Source: an uncultured Clostridia bacterium
GTDB taxonomy: Bacteria; Bacillota; Dehalobacteriia; UBA4068
NCBI GenBank assembly: GCA_944390435.1
Contig: CALXQC010000004.1
Coordinates: 1-51,489, forward strand
DNA: 51,489 nucleotides
Reading direction: 5' to 3'
Positions 35,119-44,996 of the stretch are shown here, piece after piece (within the stretch, counting starts at the first letter, position 1; every line of letters begins with the position of its first letter). A program made the position numbers and the translations under genes. The notes beneath the pieces were generated by a model that saw only the letters and a list, made by a program, of their open reading frames with translations, was not told where the DNA came from and searched no databases.

Positions 35119-35997
35119 TTATTCTACATTTTGGACCTGCTCTTTAATCTTTTCCAGCTCATTTTTAGTCTCGATAACCAAATTGTTGATGGAAAGATTA
35201 TTGGACTTTGACCCGATAGTATTGATCTCGCGTAGCATCTCCTGTAGGATAAAGTCCAGTTTACGCCCCACGGGCTCAGTACTTTGCAGCGTGTGCTTGA
35301 ATTGTTGGATATGGCTGCCTAGCCGGGTCAATTCTTCATTTATATCAACCTTATCCGCAAAAAAAGCTATCTCATTGGCCAAGCGGTTTTGGTCGACATC
35401 AATATCTTCGAGCAAAAGCGAGATTCTCTGCTCCAGCTTTTGCTTCTGCTCTGCAACTACGGTAGAGGAAAACTTTTTGATCTCCTCGGTGTTGTCTGCT
35501 ACCAGATTCACATGTGCGAGCAGGTCTTGCGCTAAAGCTTCGCCCTCAATGGTTCGCATTGAAACCAAACCGGCTAAAGCGGCGCCAACGGCTTCTTTTA
35601 ATAAAGCCTCCAGCTCCTCCTGATCATCTTCACCGCTTTCCAGAGAAAATATACCCGGCATTTTCGCCAGCTGATTAATCCCGACAAAAGGCGGAAGCTG
35701 ACAATCATGAGCCAGCTCTATCATTGCATTATAATAAGCTAAAGCTAAATCTTTGTCAACCTTAAGGAGCGGTTTTTTCGCCCCGGTTTGTTCAAAGGTG
35801 ATGTAAACATCTACCTTACCCCGCCGGACGCCTGCTGATATCATTCGCTTAACGTTGTCTTCAAAAAGGCTTAATTGCTTAGGAAGGCGAATATATAACT
35901 CACAAAAGCGATGATTGACTGATTTCAGCTCGACGCTCAACGCGTAATTCTCGCTTGTGGCCGCGCCGCGGCCAAAGCCGGTCATACTCTTTATCAA
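35119..35997 (-). CDS. yicC: YicC/YloC-family protein (stress-induced endoribonuclease)
   Basis: 292 aa. Starts MIKSMTGFGRG, with a C-terminal DUF1732-like region (EINTIGSKSN). Confidence 0.93.
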   Translation of the reverse strand: MIKSMTGFGRGAATSENYALSVELKSVNHRFCELYIRLPKQLSLFEDNVKRMISAGVRRGKVDVYITFEQTGAKKPLLKVDKDLALAYYNAMIELAHDCQLPPFVGINQLAKMPGIFSLESGEDDQEELEALLKEAVGAALAGLVSMRTIEGEALAQDLLAHVNLVADNTEEIKKFSSTVVAEQKQKLEQRISLLLEDIDVDQNRLANEIAFFADKVDINEELTRLGSHIQQFKHTLQSTEPVGRKLDFILQEMLREINTIGSKSNNLSINNLVIETKNELEKIKEQVQNVE

Positions 35998-36122
35998 GCT
36001 AATCCCCTTGCATTATGACGTGTTTTTGTTATTTCTGCGTTAAGCAGGTAAATCCTTCTTTTTATTCCATTTTTTCTGGATTTTTTCCCATCTAAAAAAG
36101 CTCTTTCCCCGAGGTATCCGCC

Positions 36123-37877
36123 ATGCCCTATGATTCTCTAGTCCTTAATGCTTGTATTCGGGAATTATCATCCGAGTTAGCAGGCGCTAAAGTTAATAAA
36201 ATTCATCAGCCGGACGAGCGTACCATCATCATCCGCTATTATGGAGCAGCCGGCAACGGCCGGCTGCTGCTCTCCGCTCACCCTGATAACGGCAGAGTCA
36301 ATAAATGCGCCGAGGGCCGCGACAATCCTGCCAAGGCGCCGCTGTTTGCCATGGTATTGCGCAAATGGCTGGAAGGTTCCAGGATTGCCGCTATCAGCTC
36401 CGTCGCCGATGAGCGGATTGCCTGGATTGATTTTGACTCCCGTAATGAACTGGGCGATGAGCTACGGCTGCGGCTGATAGTCGAAATTATGGGCAAGCAT
36501 AGCAATATCATTCTTATCGATAGCGCTAGCCAAATAATTATCGACGGAATTCGCCGCTATGGCAGCCATCTCTCCCGTTATCGTGAGGTGCTGCCCGGCA
36601 AGCCTTATCTGCCGCCGCCTCCCATGGATAAATTGCCGCTGGTGCCAGAATCGGAAGAGGCTCTTGCCGCCGCTCTTTACTCTTTGGCTGACGAACCGCT
36701 GGCCATAGCACTGCGCCGCCAGGTCAAGGGGCTGTCGCCGCTGCTGGCGGACAATCTGTTGCTGCTAGCCGGACTCGACCTCCATGCCGCTGCCGGCGAT
36801 GCCGGAGCTTATGAAATCAGCGCTATCTACCGTCAGCTACAATTGCTCCAGCAGCGAATCAATACCGGCGATTACGATCCGGTAATCAGCTGTGCGGACA
36901 AGCAATTCCGCGATTTCTATGCCTTCGACCCGCCCTCCTGGGAGCAGCTGGAGAAAAAACATTTTGCTTCAATGAACGAGGCGATCGACACTTTTTATCA
37001 GGACCGGGAACGGCGGCAAGCTTTGGCCCGCAGGAAAACAGCTCTGGCTAAGGCACTACGGCAAAACCGGACGCGGCTACAAAAAAAGATCGCCCTCGAG
37101 GAAGCCGATTTGGCCGACTGCGAGGCGGCTAATGTTTACCGCGAAGCTGCTGATCTCCTATCGGCCAATCTCTATTTTCTGCGCAAGGGGCTAAACGAAG
37201 TAGAGCTTCCCTCTTTTAGCGAACCGCAGCAGCTGGTCAAAATCAAGCTGGATCCGGCCAAAACGCCGCAGGAAAATATCCGGCAATACTATAAGCGTTA
37301 TACCAAAGCTAAAAATGCGATTCACTTGATCGACGAACAATTACAGAGCAACCGTACTCAGCTGGAATACTTGTATTCTATTGAACAAGAGCTGGAGGAT
37401 AGCGCCGAGGCCGAAGAACTGGCCGCGATCGAAAAAGAAGCAGCTGCGGCAGGGTTTTATCATCATGCCGCGGCGCCTCATAAAAAACGCACGGCCGGCA
37501 GCGAGACTAATCAGTTAGCGCCGCGTCAATACCGCTCCGCAGACGGCTTTACTATCCTCATCGGCCGCAATAACCGGCAAAACGACCGGCTCAGCCTCAA
37601 GCAGGCGCAGCCGGACGATCTATGGCTACATGCGCAAAAAACCCCCGGCAGCCATGTGATCGTCATCAGTGAAGGGCGCGAGATTCCTCACAGTACTATT
37701 CTTGAGGCGGCCGCTTATGCAGCCTGGTTCAGCAAGGCTAAAGATAGCGGCAAAACCGCTGTCGACTATACTTTAGCTGCCAATCTGCGTAAACCCAACG
37801 GCGCGGTCCCCGGATATGTGACCTATACCGAGCAAAAAACCGTTTATATTGAGCCGCAGCAACCGCCAGAGGGATAA
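36123..37877 (+). CDS. rqcH: NFACT-family ribosome quality control protein RqcH (FbpA-like)
   Basis: 584 aa. Has an NFACT-N region (KVNKIHQPDERTIIIRY), a coiled-coil middle section, and an NFACT-R/DUF814 region (GFTILIGRNNRQNDRLSLKQAQPDDLWLHAQKTPGSHVI). Confidence 0.9.
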   Translation: MPYDSLVLNACIRELSSELAGAKVNKIHQPDERTIIIRYYGAAGNGRLLLSAHPDNGRVNKCAEGRDNPAKAPLFAMVLRKWLEGSRIAAISSVADERIAWIDFDSRNELGDELRLRLIVEIMGKHSNIILIDSASQIIIDGIRRYGSHLSRYREVLPGKPYLPPPPMDKLPLVPESEEALAAALYSLADEPLAIALRRQVKGLSPLLADNLLLLAGLDLHAAAGDAGAYEISAIYRQLQLLQQRINTGDYDPVISCADKQFRDFYAFDPPSWEQLEKKHFASMNEAIDTFYQDRERRQALARRKTALAKALRQNRTRLQKKIALEEADLADCEAANVYREAADLLSANLYFLRKGLNEVELPSFSEPQQLVKIKLDPAKTPQENIRQYYKRYTKAKNAIHLIDEQLQSNRTQLEYLYSIEQELEDSAEAEELAAIEKEAAAAGFYHHAAAPHKKRTAGSETNQLAPRQYRSADGFTILIGRNNRQNDRLSLKQAQPDDLWLHAQKTPGSHVIVISEGREIPHSTILEAAAYAAWFSKAKDSGKTAVDYTLAANLRKPNGAVPGYVTYTEQKTVYIEPQQPPEG

Positions 37878-37942
37878 ATATCCCGGATACCGCTCTCGCA
37901 GCGGTCCATGCAAAACTACCGAATTCCTGGCGAAATCTTAAA

Positions 37943-37983
37943 AATAATAAGAGTGCAGCCCTCAGGGCTGCACTCTTATTATT
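37943..37983. terminator. Bidirectional rho-independent terminator (rqcH / pdp)
   Basis: AATAATAAGAGTGCAGCCC-tca-GGGCTGCACTCTTATTATT. Confidence 0.85.
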
Positions 37984-38039
37984 GTCATTAGGAAGCTAAG
38001 GGAGAAAGCTGACCCTATAAATACTCCAGCAAGCGCCGC

Positions 38040-39332
38040 TTAGCTAATAATTTCGCTAATCAAAGGTATGGGCTCAGGAGGAATAGCGGAATAGGCGAAG
38101 GCTTCATCTAAAATCTCCGCGGCAGCAGCGGCTTGCTGTTGATCACGGCAATGCAATTCCGCCAGAGTTTGGCCGCATGCGACCTGTTCGCCTAGCTTAT
38201 AATGCAAAACGATTCCGGCAGCTGGGTCAATCGCATCTTCCTTCCGCTGCCGCCCTGCGCCCAGGCATAAGGCGGCCAGTCCTACTTTGCGGGCATCAAT
38301 AGTGCTCAAATATCCTGTCCGGCGGGCTTGATATGCCGTCACTACGGCAGCGTGGGGCAAATGATTGAAATTGCTATCGCCGCCCTGAGCGCATATCATC
38401 TGCTGAAATTTGGCTAGAGCCGCCCCACTGGCTAGCTGCTCTCGCGCCAGAGCCTCTGCCTGGTCCCGATGGTCGGCCACTCCGCCCAAAACCAGTAATT
38501 CTGCCGCCAGCGTCAAAGATAATTGACGCAGATCAGCGGGACCGCCGCCGCTGAGCACCGCTACCGCCTCGCTTACTTCCAAAGCATTGCCGATAGCATA
38601 ACCCAACGGCTGTTCCATGGCTGATAAGACTGCCGCGGCTTTCATACCAGACTGCTGCGCCAGCTCTACCATCAGCTGCGCCAAAGCACGGCTATCCGCC
38701 AATTCCTGCATAAACGCACCGCTGCCGTATTTAACATCCAAGACGAGAATATCCGCGCCGGTAGCGAGCTTCTTGCTCATAATACTGGCAGCGATCAGCG
38801 CCAAGCTATCGACAGTGGCCGTGGCATCGCGTAGGGCATAGAGCTTCTTATCCGCCGGCACCAGATCAGCAGTCTGACTGATAATCGCCAGGCCGATCTC
38901 GCGCACCTGACGCTTAAATTCATCTGCTCCAAGCTGACAGCGGAAACCGGGGATAGACTCCAGTTTATCCAAAGTACCGCCGGTATGCCCCAGCCCCCGT
39001 CCGGACATCTTCGCTACTTGCAAACCGGCTGCAGCTATCACAGGCATCACTACCAAGCTGGTTTTATCCCCCACTCCGCCGGTAGAATGTTTATCGGCCT
39101 TGATCCCGGGAATATCGCCCAAATCAATGCGTTCGCCAGAAGCAATCATGCTGTTCATCATTGCAATTGTTTCCCGGCGGCTAAAGCCGCGCAGCAGTCC
39201 GGCCATCAGCAAAGCAGCACATTGGTAATCCGGAATGATACCAGAACTATATCCCTGAATCCAAAAATCGATCTCCTGACAGCTGAGCTCCTGCCCATCG
39301 CGTTTTTTACAGATAATATCATACATTAACAT
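38040..39332 (-). CDS. pdp: Pyrimidine-nucleoside phosphorylase
   Basis: 430 aa. Carries DIICKKRDGQELSCQEIDFWIQGY, DKHSTGGVGDKTSL and SGRGLGHTGGTLDKLE. Confidence 0.95.
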   Translation of the reverse strand: MLMYDIICKKRDGQELSCQEIDFWIQGYSSGIIPDYQCAALLMAGLLRGFSRRETIAMMNSMIASGERIDLGDIPGIKADKHSTGGVGDKTSLVVMPVIAAAGLQVAKMSGRGLGHTGGTLDKLESIPGFRCQLGADEFKRQVREIGLAIISQTADLVPADKKLYALRDATATVDSLALIAASIMSKKLATGADILVLDVKYGSGAFMQELADSRALAQLMVELAQQSGMKAAAVLSAMEQPLGYAIGNALEVSEAVAVLSGGGPADLRQLSLTLAAELLVLGGVADHRDQAEALAREQLASGAALAKFQQMICAQGGDSNFNHLPHAAVVTAYQARRTGYLSTIDARKVGLAALCLGAGRQRKEDAIDPAAGIVLHYKLGEQVACGQTLAELHCRDQQQAAAAAEILDEAFAYSAIPPEPIPLISEIIS

Positions 39333-39365
39333 CGGCTGAACCTATTTAGTCTTAACTCTTAGGAT

Positions 39366-40196
39366 TTACATTCTAACGATAATTTCTTTAAGCAAGGCGG
39401 AGAAATTACGCTCCACCATCTTGCTGGTCTCCATCACTTCCTGATGGCTGAGCGGATGCTTACTGATACCGGCGGCGAGATTGGTAACGCAGGAAATCGC
39501 CAGCAACCGCATTCCCATCTGGCAGGCAGCCAGCGCTTCCGGCACGGTCGACATACCTACAGCATCCGCGCCCAAAACCGACAGCATCCGGATCTCAGCC
39601 GGAGTTTCAAAAGTAGGTCCGGAAAGCCCGCAGTAAACACCCTCCTGCAGCTTCATGCCTAATTCCGCCGCGATATGATGCGCTAAGGCACGGTAATCCT
39701 TATCATACATATTGCTCATATCCGGGAAACGCTCTCCCCACTCTTCGCAATGCTCGCCGCGCAGCGGATTATAGCCAGCCAAATTGATATGATCGCGGAT
39801 CACCATCAAATCCCCAGGAGCAAATTGAGGATTGATCCCGCCCGCAGCATTAGTTAAAATCACCTTCCGGCAGCCCAGCTGATGCAGTACCCGCATCGGC
39901 AGAATCACTGTATGCGGATCATGCCCTTCATAATAATGAAACCTGCCGCTGAGCGCATAGACCCGGGCTGATCCGATACGTCCGGAAATCATTGTCCCGC
40001 TATGGCCGATCACAGTCGGCTGGGGAAAATGCGGGATATCCTGATAAGAGAGGGTCTGGGCATCCTCGATATTTTGCGCCAGGGAACCTAAGCCAGATCC
40101 CAACACAACTGCGATATCAGCGCGGGGCAGCGCAGCATCGACGGCTGCCGCCGCTTCCTTGATTTTTGTTACTTCTTGTGCTAATTGTTCGCTCAT
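39366..40196 (-). CDS. punA: Purine nucleoside phosphorylase (PunA/PNP-I type)
   Basis: 276 aa. Carries VLGSGLG, GRFHYYEG and VGMSTVPE. Confidence 0.93.
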   Translation of the reverse strand: MSEQLAQEVTKIKEAAAAVDAALPRADIAVVLGSGLGSLAQNIEDAQTLSYQDIPHFPQPTVIGHSGTMISGRIGSARVYALSGRFHYYEGHDPHTVILPMRVLHQLGCRKVILTNAAGGINPQFAPGDLMVIRDHINLAGYNPLRGEHCEEWGERFPDMSNMYDKDYRALAHHIAAELGMKLQEGVYCGLSGPTFETPAEIRMLSVLGADAVGMSTVPEALAACQMGMRLLAISCVTNLAAGISKHPLSHQEVMETSKMVERNFSALLKEIIVRM

Positions 40197-40223
40197 CTTG
40201 CTTCCTCCACCAAGTAATTATTG

Positions 40224-41393
40224 TTAATTTTCGCATATCTGAGATAAAAACGACCGGCCGGCCGGCAGCGGCGCGGCGCCCAAATATTCCGCTGCAGTTT
40301 GCCCCAAATCGGCGAAGCTGTTTCTGATACCCAAATTCTGCGGTCTGACCCTGGCGCCATAAAGCAATAGCGGTACATATTCCCGATTATGATCCGTGCC
40401 TGGCGTAGATGGGTCATTGCCATGATCAGCGCAAATAGCCAAGATATCGTCTGCATCCAAACATGGCAGCAAGCAGTCGAGAAAGCGGTCAAAATCTTCG
40501 ATCGCCGCCGCATACCCCAGCAAATCATTACGGTGTCCATACAACATATCAAAATCGACAAAATTGGCGAAAATCAGCCCTTGCGGCTGCTCCTGCAGCG
40601 CTTGGAGCAAAGATGCGCCGCTTTGCGCATTATCATGCCCTGGATAAGCGCAGCTAATATGGCTGCCGGCGAAGATATCATCGATTTTGCCCACGCTTAC
40701 CACCGGCAGGCCTGCTTCGTCCACCCGCTGCAAAAGATGCCCCGGCGGCGGCTGCAGGGAAAAATCCTTGCGGTTGCCGGTACGGACAAAGCCATGCTCA
40801 GCATCGCCGATAAATGGGCGGGCGATCACCCGGCCCACGCCATGCTCGCCGCTTAAAATAGCCCGGGCAGCACGGCACATCTCATAGAGCTGCGCGACAG
40901 GAATAATCTGCTCGTGAGCAGCCAGCTGAAAAACGCTATCCGCCGAAGTATAAACTATCGGGCAACCGGTCCGCATATGTTCCGGCCCCAGACGCTGAAT
41001 GATCTCGGTGCCGGAAGCTACGCAGTTGCCCAGGATACCGCGGCCAATCGCCGCAGTAAAAGCGTCAATAACTTCTGGCGGGAAGCCCTGCGGATAAGTC
41101 GGCATCCGCTGCGGCAAAAGAATACCGCTGATTTCCCAATGCCCGCTGGTGGTATCCATTCCTGCCGAGCTGGCCGCCATCTTGCCGTAAGCAGCCGCTG
41201 GCGCGCTATTGGCCGGCACGCTTTCCAAGCGGATAATATTAGCCAGTCCCAGGCGCTGCAAATTAGCTATCCGCAGCGGATAAGCCGCGGCAATATGGCC
41301 TAGCGTATTAGCGCCCAGGCTATCATAAGCCGCGGCATCGGGCAAAGCGCCAATGCCTAAACTATCTAAAACAATGATGATAAACCGCTTCAT
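40224..41393 (-). CDS. deoB: Phosphopentomutase
   Basis: 389 aa. Carries MKRFIIIVLDSLGIGALPDA, FANFVDFDMLYGHRND and ADHGNDP. Confidence 0.96.
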   Translation of the reverse strand: MKRFIIIVLDSLGIGALPDAAAYDSLGANTLGHIAAAYPLRIANLQRLGLANIIRLESVPANSAPAAAYGKMAASSAGMDTTSGHWEISGILLPQRMPTYPQGFPPEVIDAFTAAIGRGILGNCVASGTEIIQRLGPEHMRTGCPIVYTSADSVFQLAAHEQIIPVAQLYEMCRAARAILSGEHGVGRVIARPFIGDAEHGFVRTGNRKDFSLQPPPGHLLQRVDEAGLPVVSVGKIDDIFAGSHISCAYPGHDNAQSGASLLQALQEQPQGLIFANFVDFDMLYGHRNDLLGYAAAIEDFDRFLDCLLPCLDADDILAICADHGNDPSTPGTDHNREYVPLLLYGARVRPQNLGIRNSFADLGQTAAEYLGAAPLPAGRSFLSQICEN

Positions 41394-41441
41394 AAAGCTC
41401 CCTCGCTACATATCCCCGGTAACTGCCGGGACGATGAGTTT

Positions 41442-42371
41442 TTATTTGTTATTCTTATGCATTTTAGCCCGCGGATGATAAGTAGTATATACCTGCTTCA
41501 GCTCACCACGGCTCAAATGAGTATAAATCTGCGTCGTCATAATATCGCTATGCCCTAAAAACTCCTGCACTACGCGCAGATCAGCGCCGTTTTCCATCAT
41601 ATGCGTAGCGGCGCTGTGACGAAGAGTATGCGGATGGATATCATAGCCGAGCCGCTTGGCGTATCCTTCAAGGATCCGCCAAAAACCGCTTCTGCTCAGC
41701 TTGTCCCCTAGACGATTCAAAAACAATTCCTGGGTATGCTTACATTTGAGCAGCTGTCCCCGGGCATGCGCCAAATATTCATTAACCGCCTCCAAGGCGA
41801 AAGAACCGACCGGGATAATCCTTTCCTTGCTGCCCTTGCCGCGGCAGCGCAGATAACCTAGCTCGAAATTAATATCGTGAACAGTAATCGCAATCAATTC
41901 CGAGACCCGCAGTCCGCAGCCGTACATCATTTCCAGCATCGCCCGATCGCGGCAGCCGGCAGCGGTAGCGGTATCAGGCAGCGCCAGCAATTTAGCCATT
42001 TCCGCCTGAGATAAAACCTGCGGCAGCGGACGCTGGCGCTTCGGAGTCTGGGTGTTCTGGCTGATATCCTTATTCTGCCGGCGGTCCATGAACAGAAAAC
42101 GGCAAAAACCGCGGATCGATGATGCCTTGCGGCCAATGGTGGAAGCGCTTTTACCATTGGCCCTTTCGCTCGCCAGATAGGCGATAATATGTTCCTGATT
42201 CAGCTGTTCGGGGGCAGCGCAGCCCTCAGCCACGGCAAAAGCGGCAAAGCCGCGCAAATCCCGCTGATAGCTGTCAATAGTGGTATCAGCCAAAGAACGT
42301 TCGTGTAGGTAATCGGTAAAATCAATTATAGCGGCAGCAAAAAAATCCTCTGCTGTTCTTGGTTTAGCCAC
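41442..42371 (-). CDS. xerD: Site-specific tyrosine recombinase XerD
   Basis: 309 aa. Carries GLRVSELI, HPHTLRHSAATHMMENGADLRVVQEFLGHSDIMTTQIYTH. It sits in the xerD-deoB-punA context also seen in Bacillus. Confidence 0.9.
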   Translation of the reverse strand: MAKPRTAEDFFAAAIIDFTDYLHERSLADTTIDSYQRDLRGFAAFAVAEGCAAPEQLNQEHIIAYLASERANGKSASTIGRKASSIRGFCRFLFMDRRQNKDISQNTQTPKRQRPLPQVLSQAEMAKLLALPDTATAAGCRDRAMLEMMYGCGLRVSELIAITVHDINFELGYLRCRGKGSKERIIPVGSFALEAVNEYLAHARGQLLKCKHTQELFLNRLGDKLSRSGFWRILEGYAKRLGYDIHPHTLRHSAATHMMENGADLRVVQEFLGHSDIMTTQIYTHLSRGELKQVYTTYHPRAKMHKNNK

Positions 42372-42453
42372 TGCTGTTTCAACCTCGATTCAAGCGCGCT
42401 TGCAGTATAATCATCCTGATAATATTTTCTGCATAATCCGCGCGCTATCCTCT

Positions 42454-42708
42454 CTATTCGCCTTCTCCGGCTAATTTATCCTGCTCATACTCCTCCAGGT
42501 TATTATAGACCCGGATCGGTTCGCCCGGATAATGGCGCTCCCCTTCCTCGCTCCCGCCGCCGCTATTAATAACGATCGGCGTATCAGCCGCAGCCGCTAA
42601 AGTATAATTAAAACCATAACCAAGCAGCGCCAACAAGCATAAGATCACCAACAGCTTAGCGAGCAAGCGCCACTTTTTCTTAGCTGAGCCAATGGAAAAT
42701 ACCAGCAT
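42454..42708 (-). CDS. Small membrane protein, possibly YqzK/DUF4227-like
   Basis: 84 aa counted from ATG 42708 (SD GGGGTG at 6 nt). It has one TM helix (LLAKLLVILCLLALLGYGF) and an acidic tail. Its position just upstream of xerD resembles B. subtilis yqzK. Sequence similarity is weak and judged from memory. Confidence 0.45.
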   Translation of the reverse strand: MLVFSIGSAKKKWRLLAKLLVILCLLALLGYGFNYTLAAAADTPIVINSGGGSEEGERHYPGEPIRVYNNLEEYEQDKLAGEGE

Positions 42709-42781
42709 ATCATTCACCCCCATTGGCAATATATGCCTGCCCGCACAGGCTTATTACTGCGCCGGTTCGTCCGGGCAATAC

Positions 42782-42814
42782 CAAAAAGCAAGGCTGCCAT
42801 TAGGCAGCCTTGCT
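42782..42814 (-). terminator. Rho-independent terminator after the EF-G paralog
   Basis: Minus strand reads AGCAAGGCTGCC-taat-GGCAGCCTTGCT followed by TTTTT. Confidence 0.8.
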
Positions 42815-42840
42815 GGCTATAAACGACTGAAGCGGGAAGC

Positions 42841-44877
42841 CTATTCGTTTTCTTTTTCCGCCTTCGCCGCGGCGATAACCTTTTCGGCGATATTAGCCGG
42901 AACTTCCTCATATTTGGCAAACTTCATAGTAAATTTACCGCGTCCCTGGGTGATGGACTTCAGGTCGATCGCGTAGCGGTACATTTCCGCCAACGGCGCC
43001 TGCGCATGGATCAGCTGGCGTTTGCCTTGCTGCTCCATACCCATAATCCGGCCGCGCTTAGTATTCATATCGCCCATAATATCGCCCATGAATTGATCCG
43101 GGACCAGAATATCGACATCCATGATCGGCTCAAGCAGGATCGGCTTAGCCTGTTCGCAGCCTTTCTTGAAAGCCAAATTAGCAGCGATCTTGAACGCCAT
43201 CTCCGAGCTGTCGACATCGTGATAAGAACCATCAACCAGGGTGATCTTGATATTAGTGGCGGGGAAGCCGGCCAGAACGCCCTCGGCCATTGCCTCGCGC
43301 ATACCTTTTTCAACAGCGGGGATATACTGCTTTGGCACCGCGCCGCCGAAAATCTTTTCCTCGAAGGAGAACTCGTTCTCCGGATCATACTCGATATCAA
43401 TCTTAACATGACCGTACTGGCCGTGGCCGCCGGACTGTTTCTTATGCTTGCCTTCCACCATCTTGGCGCTGCCGCGGATCGACTCACGATAAGGAACCTT
43501 CATCTCGACAGGATCAACCTCAACGCCGAATTTGGAGGCTAGGCGACCGATAACGATATTCAAATGCGCCTCGCCCATACCGGTGAGAAGGGTTTGTTTA
43601 GTCTCGGCATTCTTTTCATAACGCAGGGTGGGATCTTCTTCCAGGAGGCGGTTGATCGCATTACCCAGCTTGTCCTCGTCGCCCTTGGTACGGGGAACGA
43701 TCGCCATCATCAGCGTCGGCTCGGGGAAATCGATGCCGTCGAGGACGATGCCGCTGTCCTTGCTGGTCAGCGTATCGCCGGTCACGGTATTAGTCAGCTT
43801 GCTGACAGTGGCGATATCCCCTAAGTTAACTTCCGGAAGAGCAATAGCGTTTTTGCCCTGCATGGTTGAAATCTGAGCGATTTTTTCTTCAACCTTTTTA
43901 TTGGCGTTGTACATCGTCATATCGCCCTTAATTTTACCGGAATAGACCTTAAACATGCTGATGCGCCCAACATAAGGGTCGGCGAGGGTCTTGAACACCA
44001 AAGCTGCCGGAGCAGCATTGGCCGCAGCGGCGTCGATTTTAGCCAGCGGCGAAGGAGCATAGTCCACCATTATATCAAAGAGCTTGTCGGAGCCGATATT
44101 CTTGGTAGCACAACCGCAGATAACCGGCACCACTTTAGCGTTTTTGACACCTTCTTTGAGACCCAGGATAATCTCATCATCAGTGAGTTCTTCGCCGTCG
44201 AGATATTTCATGGTAATTTCATCGTCGCCCTCGGCGGCGGCTTCGATCATCATCTCGCGGTAATGCTCAATATCAGCCTTCATATCGTCGGGAACCGGGA
44301 TTTCGGTAGCTTTGCCGTTATCGTATTTATAGGCTTTCTGCGAAATCAAGTCAACAATGCCGGAGAAGGCTTCTTCCTTGCCGATCGGCAGCTGGATCGG
44401 GACAATCTGCCGGGTTAAAGTAGACTGCATCGATTCCAGCGCTTTTTTGAAATCAGCATTTTCACGATCAAGTTTATTGATAAAGCCGATGATGGGGGTA
44501 TTTTGATCGTCGGCGGATTCCCAGATGATCTCGGTAGTGACCTCAACGCCCGCCACAGCGTCTACCAGCATGACCAGGCAGTCGGCAACCCGCAGGGCGC
44601 TGACGACTTCGCCATAAAAATCGGAAAATCCGGGGACATCCAGGATATTGATCTTATGGTCGCGCCATTCGCAGGCTACAAGCGAAGTATTAACCGTGCT
44701 TTTACGCTTTAATTCTTCCGGATGGTAATCGGCGACCGTATTGCCGTCCTCTACTTTACCCAAGCGGGTGGTGGCGCCGGTAGAATAAATCAACGCTTCG
44801 GTCAGAGAAGTTTTGCCCGCACCCTGATGGGCGACAACGGCGATATTGCGGATTTTGTCACTGGGATAAACCTTCAT
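42841..44877 (-). CDS. Elongation factor G paralog (EF-G2-like translational GTPase)
   Basis: 678 aa with five EF-G-like domains. G1 reads AHQGAGKTSLTEAL where canonical EF-G has AHIDAGKTT. Also carries DVPGFSDF and NKLD. The N-terminus resembles Thermus EF-G2 as I remember it. Confidence 0.9.
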   Translation of the reverse strand: MKVYPSDKIRNIAVVAHQGAGKTSLTEALIYSTGATTRLGKVEDGNTVADYHPEELKRKSTVNTSLVACEWRDHKINILDVPGFSDFYGEVVSALRVADCLVMLVDAVAGVEVTTEIIWESADDQNTPIIGFINKLDRENADFKKALESMQSTLTRQIVPIQLPIGKEEAFSGIVDLISQKAYKYDNGKATEIPVPDDMKADIEHYREMMIEAAAEGDDEITMKYLDGEELTDDEIILGLKEGVKNAKVVPVICGCATKNIGSDKLFDIMVDYAPSPLAKIDAAAANAAPAALVFKTLADPYVGRISMFKVYSGKIKGDMTMYNANKKVEEKIAQISTMQGKNAIALPEVNLGDIATVSKLTNTVTGDTLTSKDSGIVLDGIDFPEPTLMMAIVPRTKGDEDKLGNAINRLLEEDPTLRYEKNAETKQTLLTGMGEAHLNIVIGRLASKFGVEVDPVEMKVPYRESIRGSAKMVEGKHKKQSGGHGQYGHVKIDIEYDPENEFSFEEKIFGGAVPKQYIPAVEKGMREAMAEGVLAGFPATNIKITLVDGSYHDVDSSEMAFKIAANLAFKKGCEQAKPILLEPIMDVDILVPDQFMGDIMGDMNTKRGRIMGMEQQGKRQLIHAQAPLAEMYRYAIDLKSITQGRGKFTMKFAKYEEVPANIAEKVIAAAKAEKENE

Positions 44878-44996
44878 TTAATATCCTCCTTCAACTGCTT
44901 TGTTCATCTTAAGCTACAATTTATTTTATATTATATGCCAATCGGGAAAAACCTTTTTTTGGGGCAAAATTCTTCCCCCCGCGCATATAATTTCCC

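Noticed and set aside
41442-42371. Tyrosine recombinase as a possible marker of an integrated mobile element.
   Set aside because: Its sequence and context (xerD followed by deoB-punA-pdp, preceded by a yqzK-like small gene) match the chromosomal dif recombinase XerD. There are no flanking direct repeats or phage/ICE genes.
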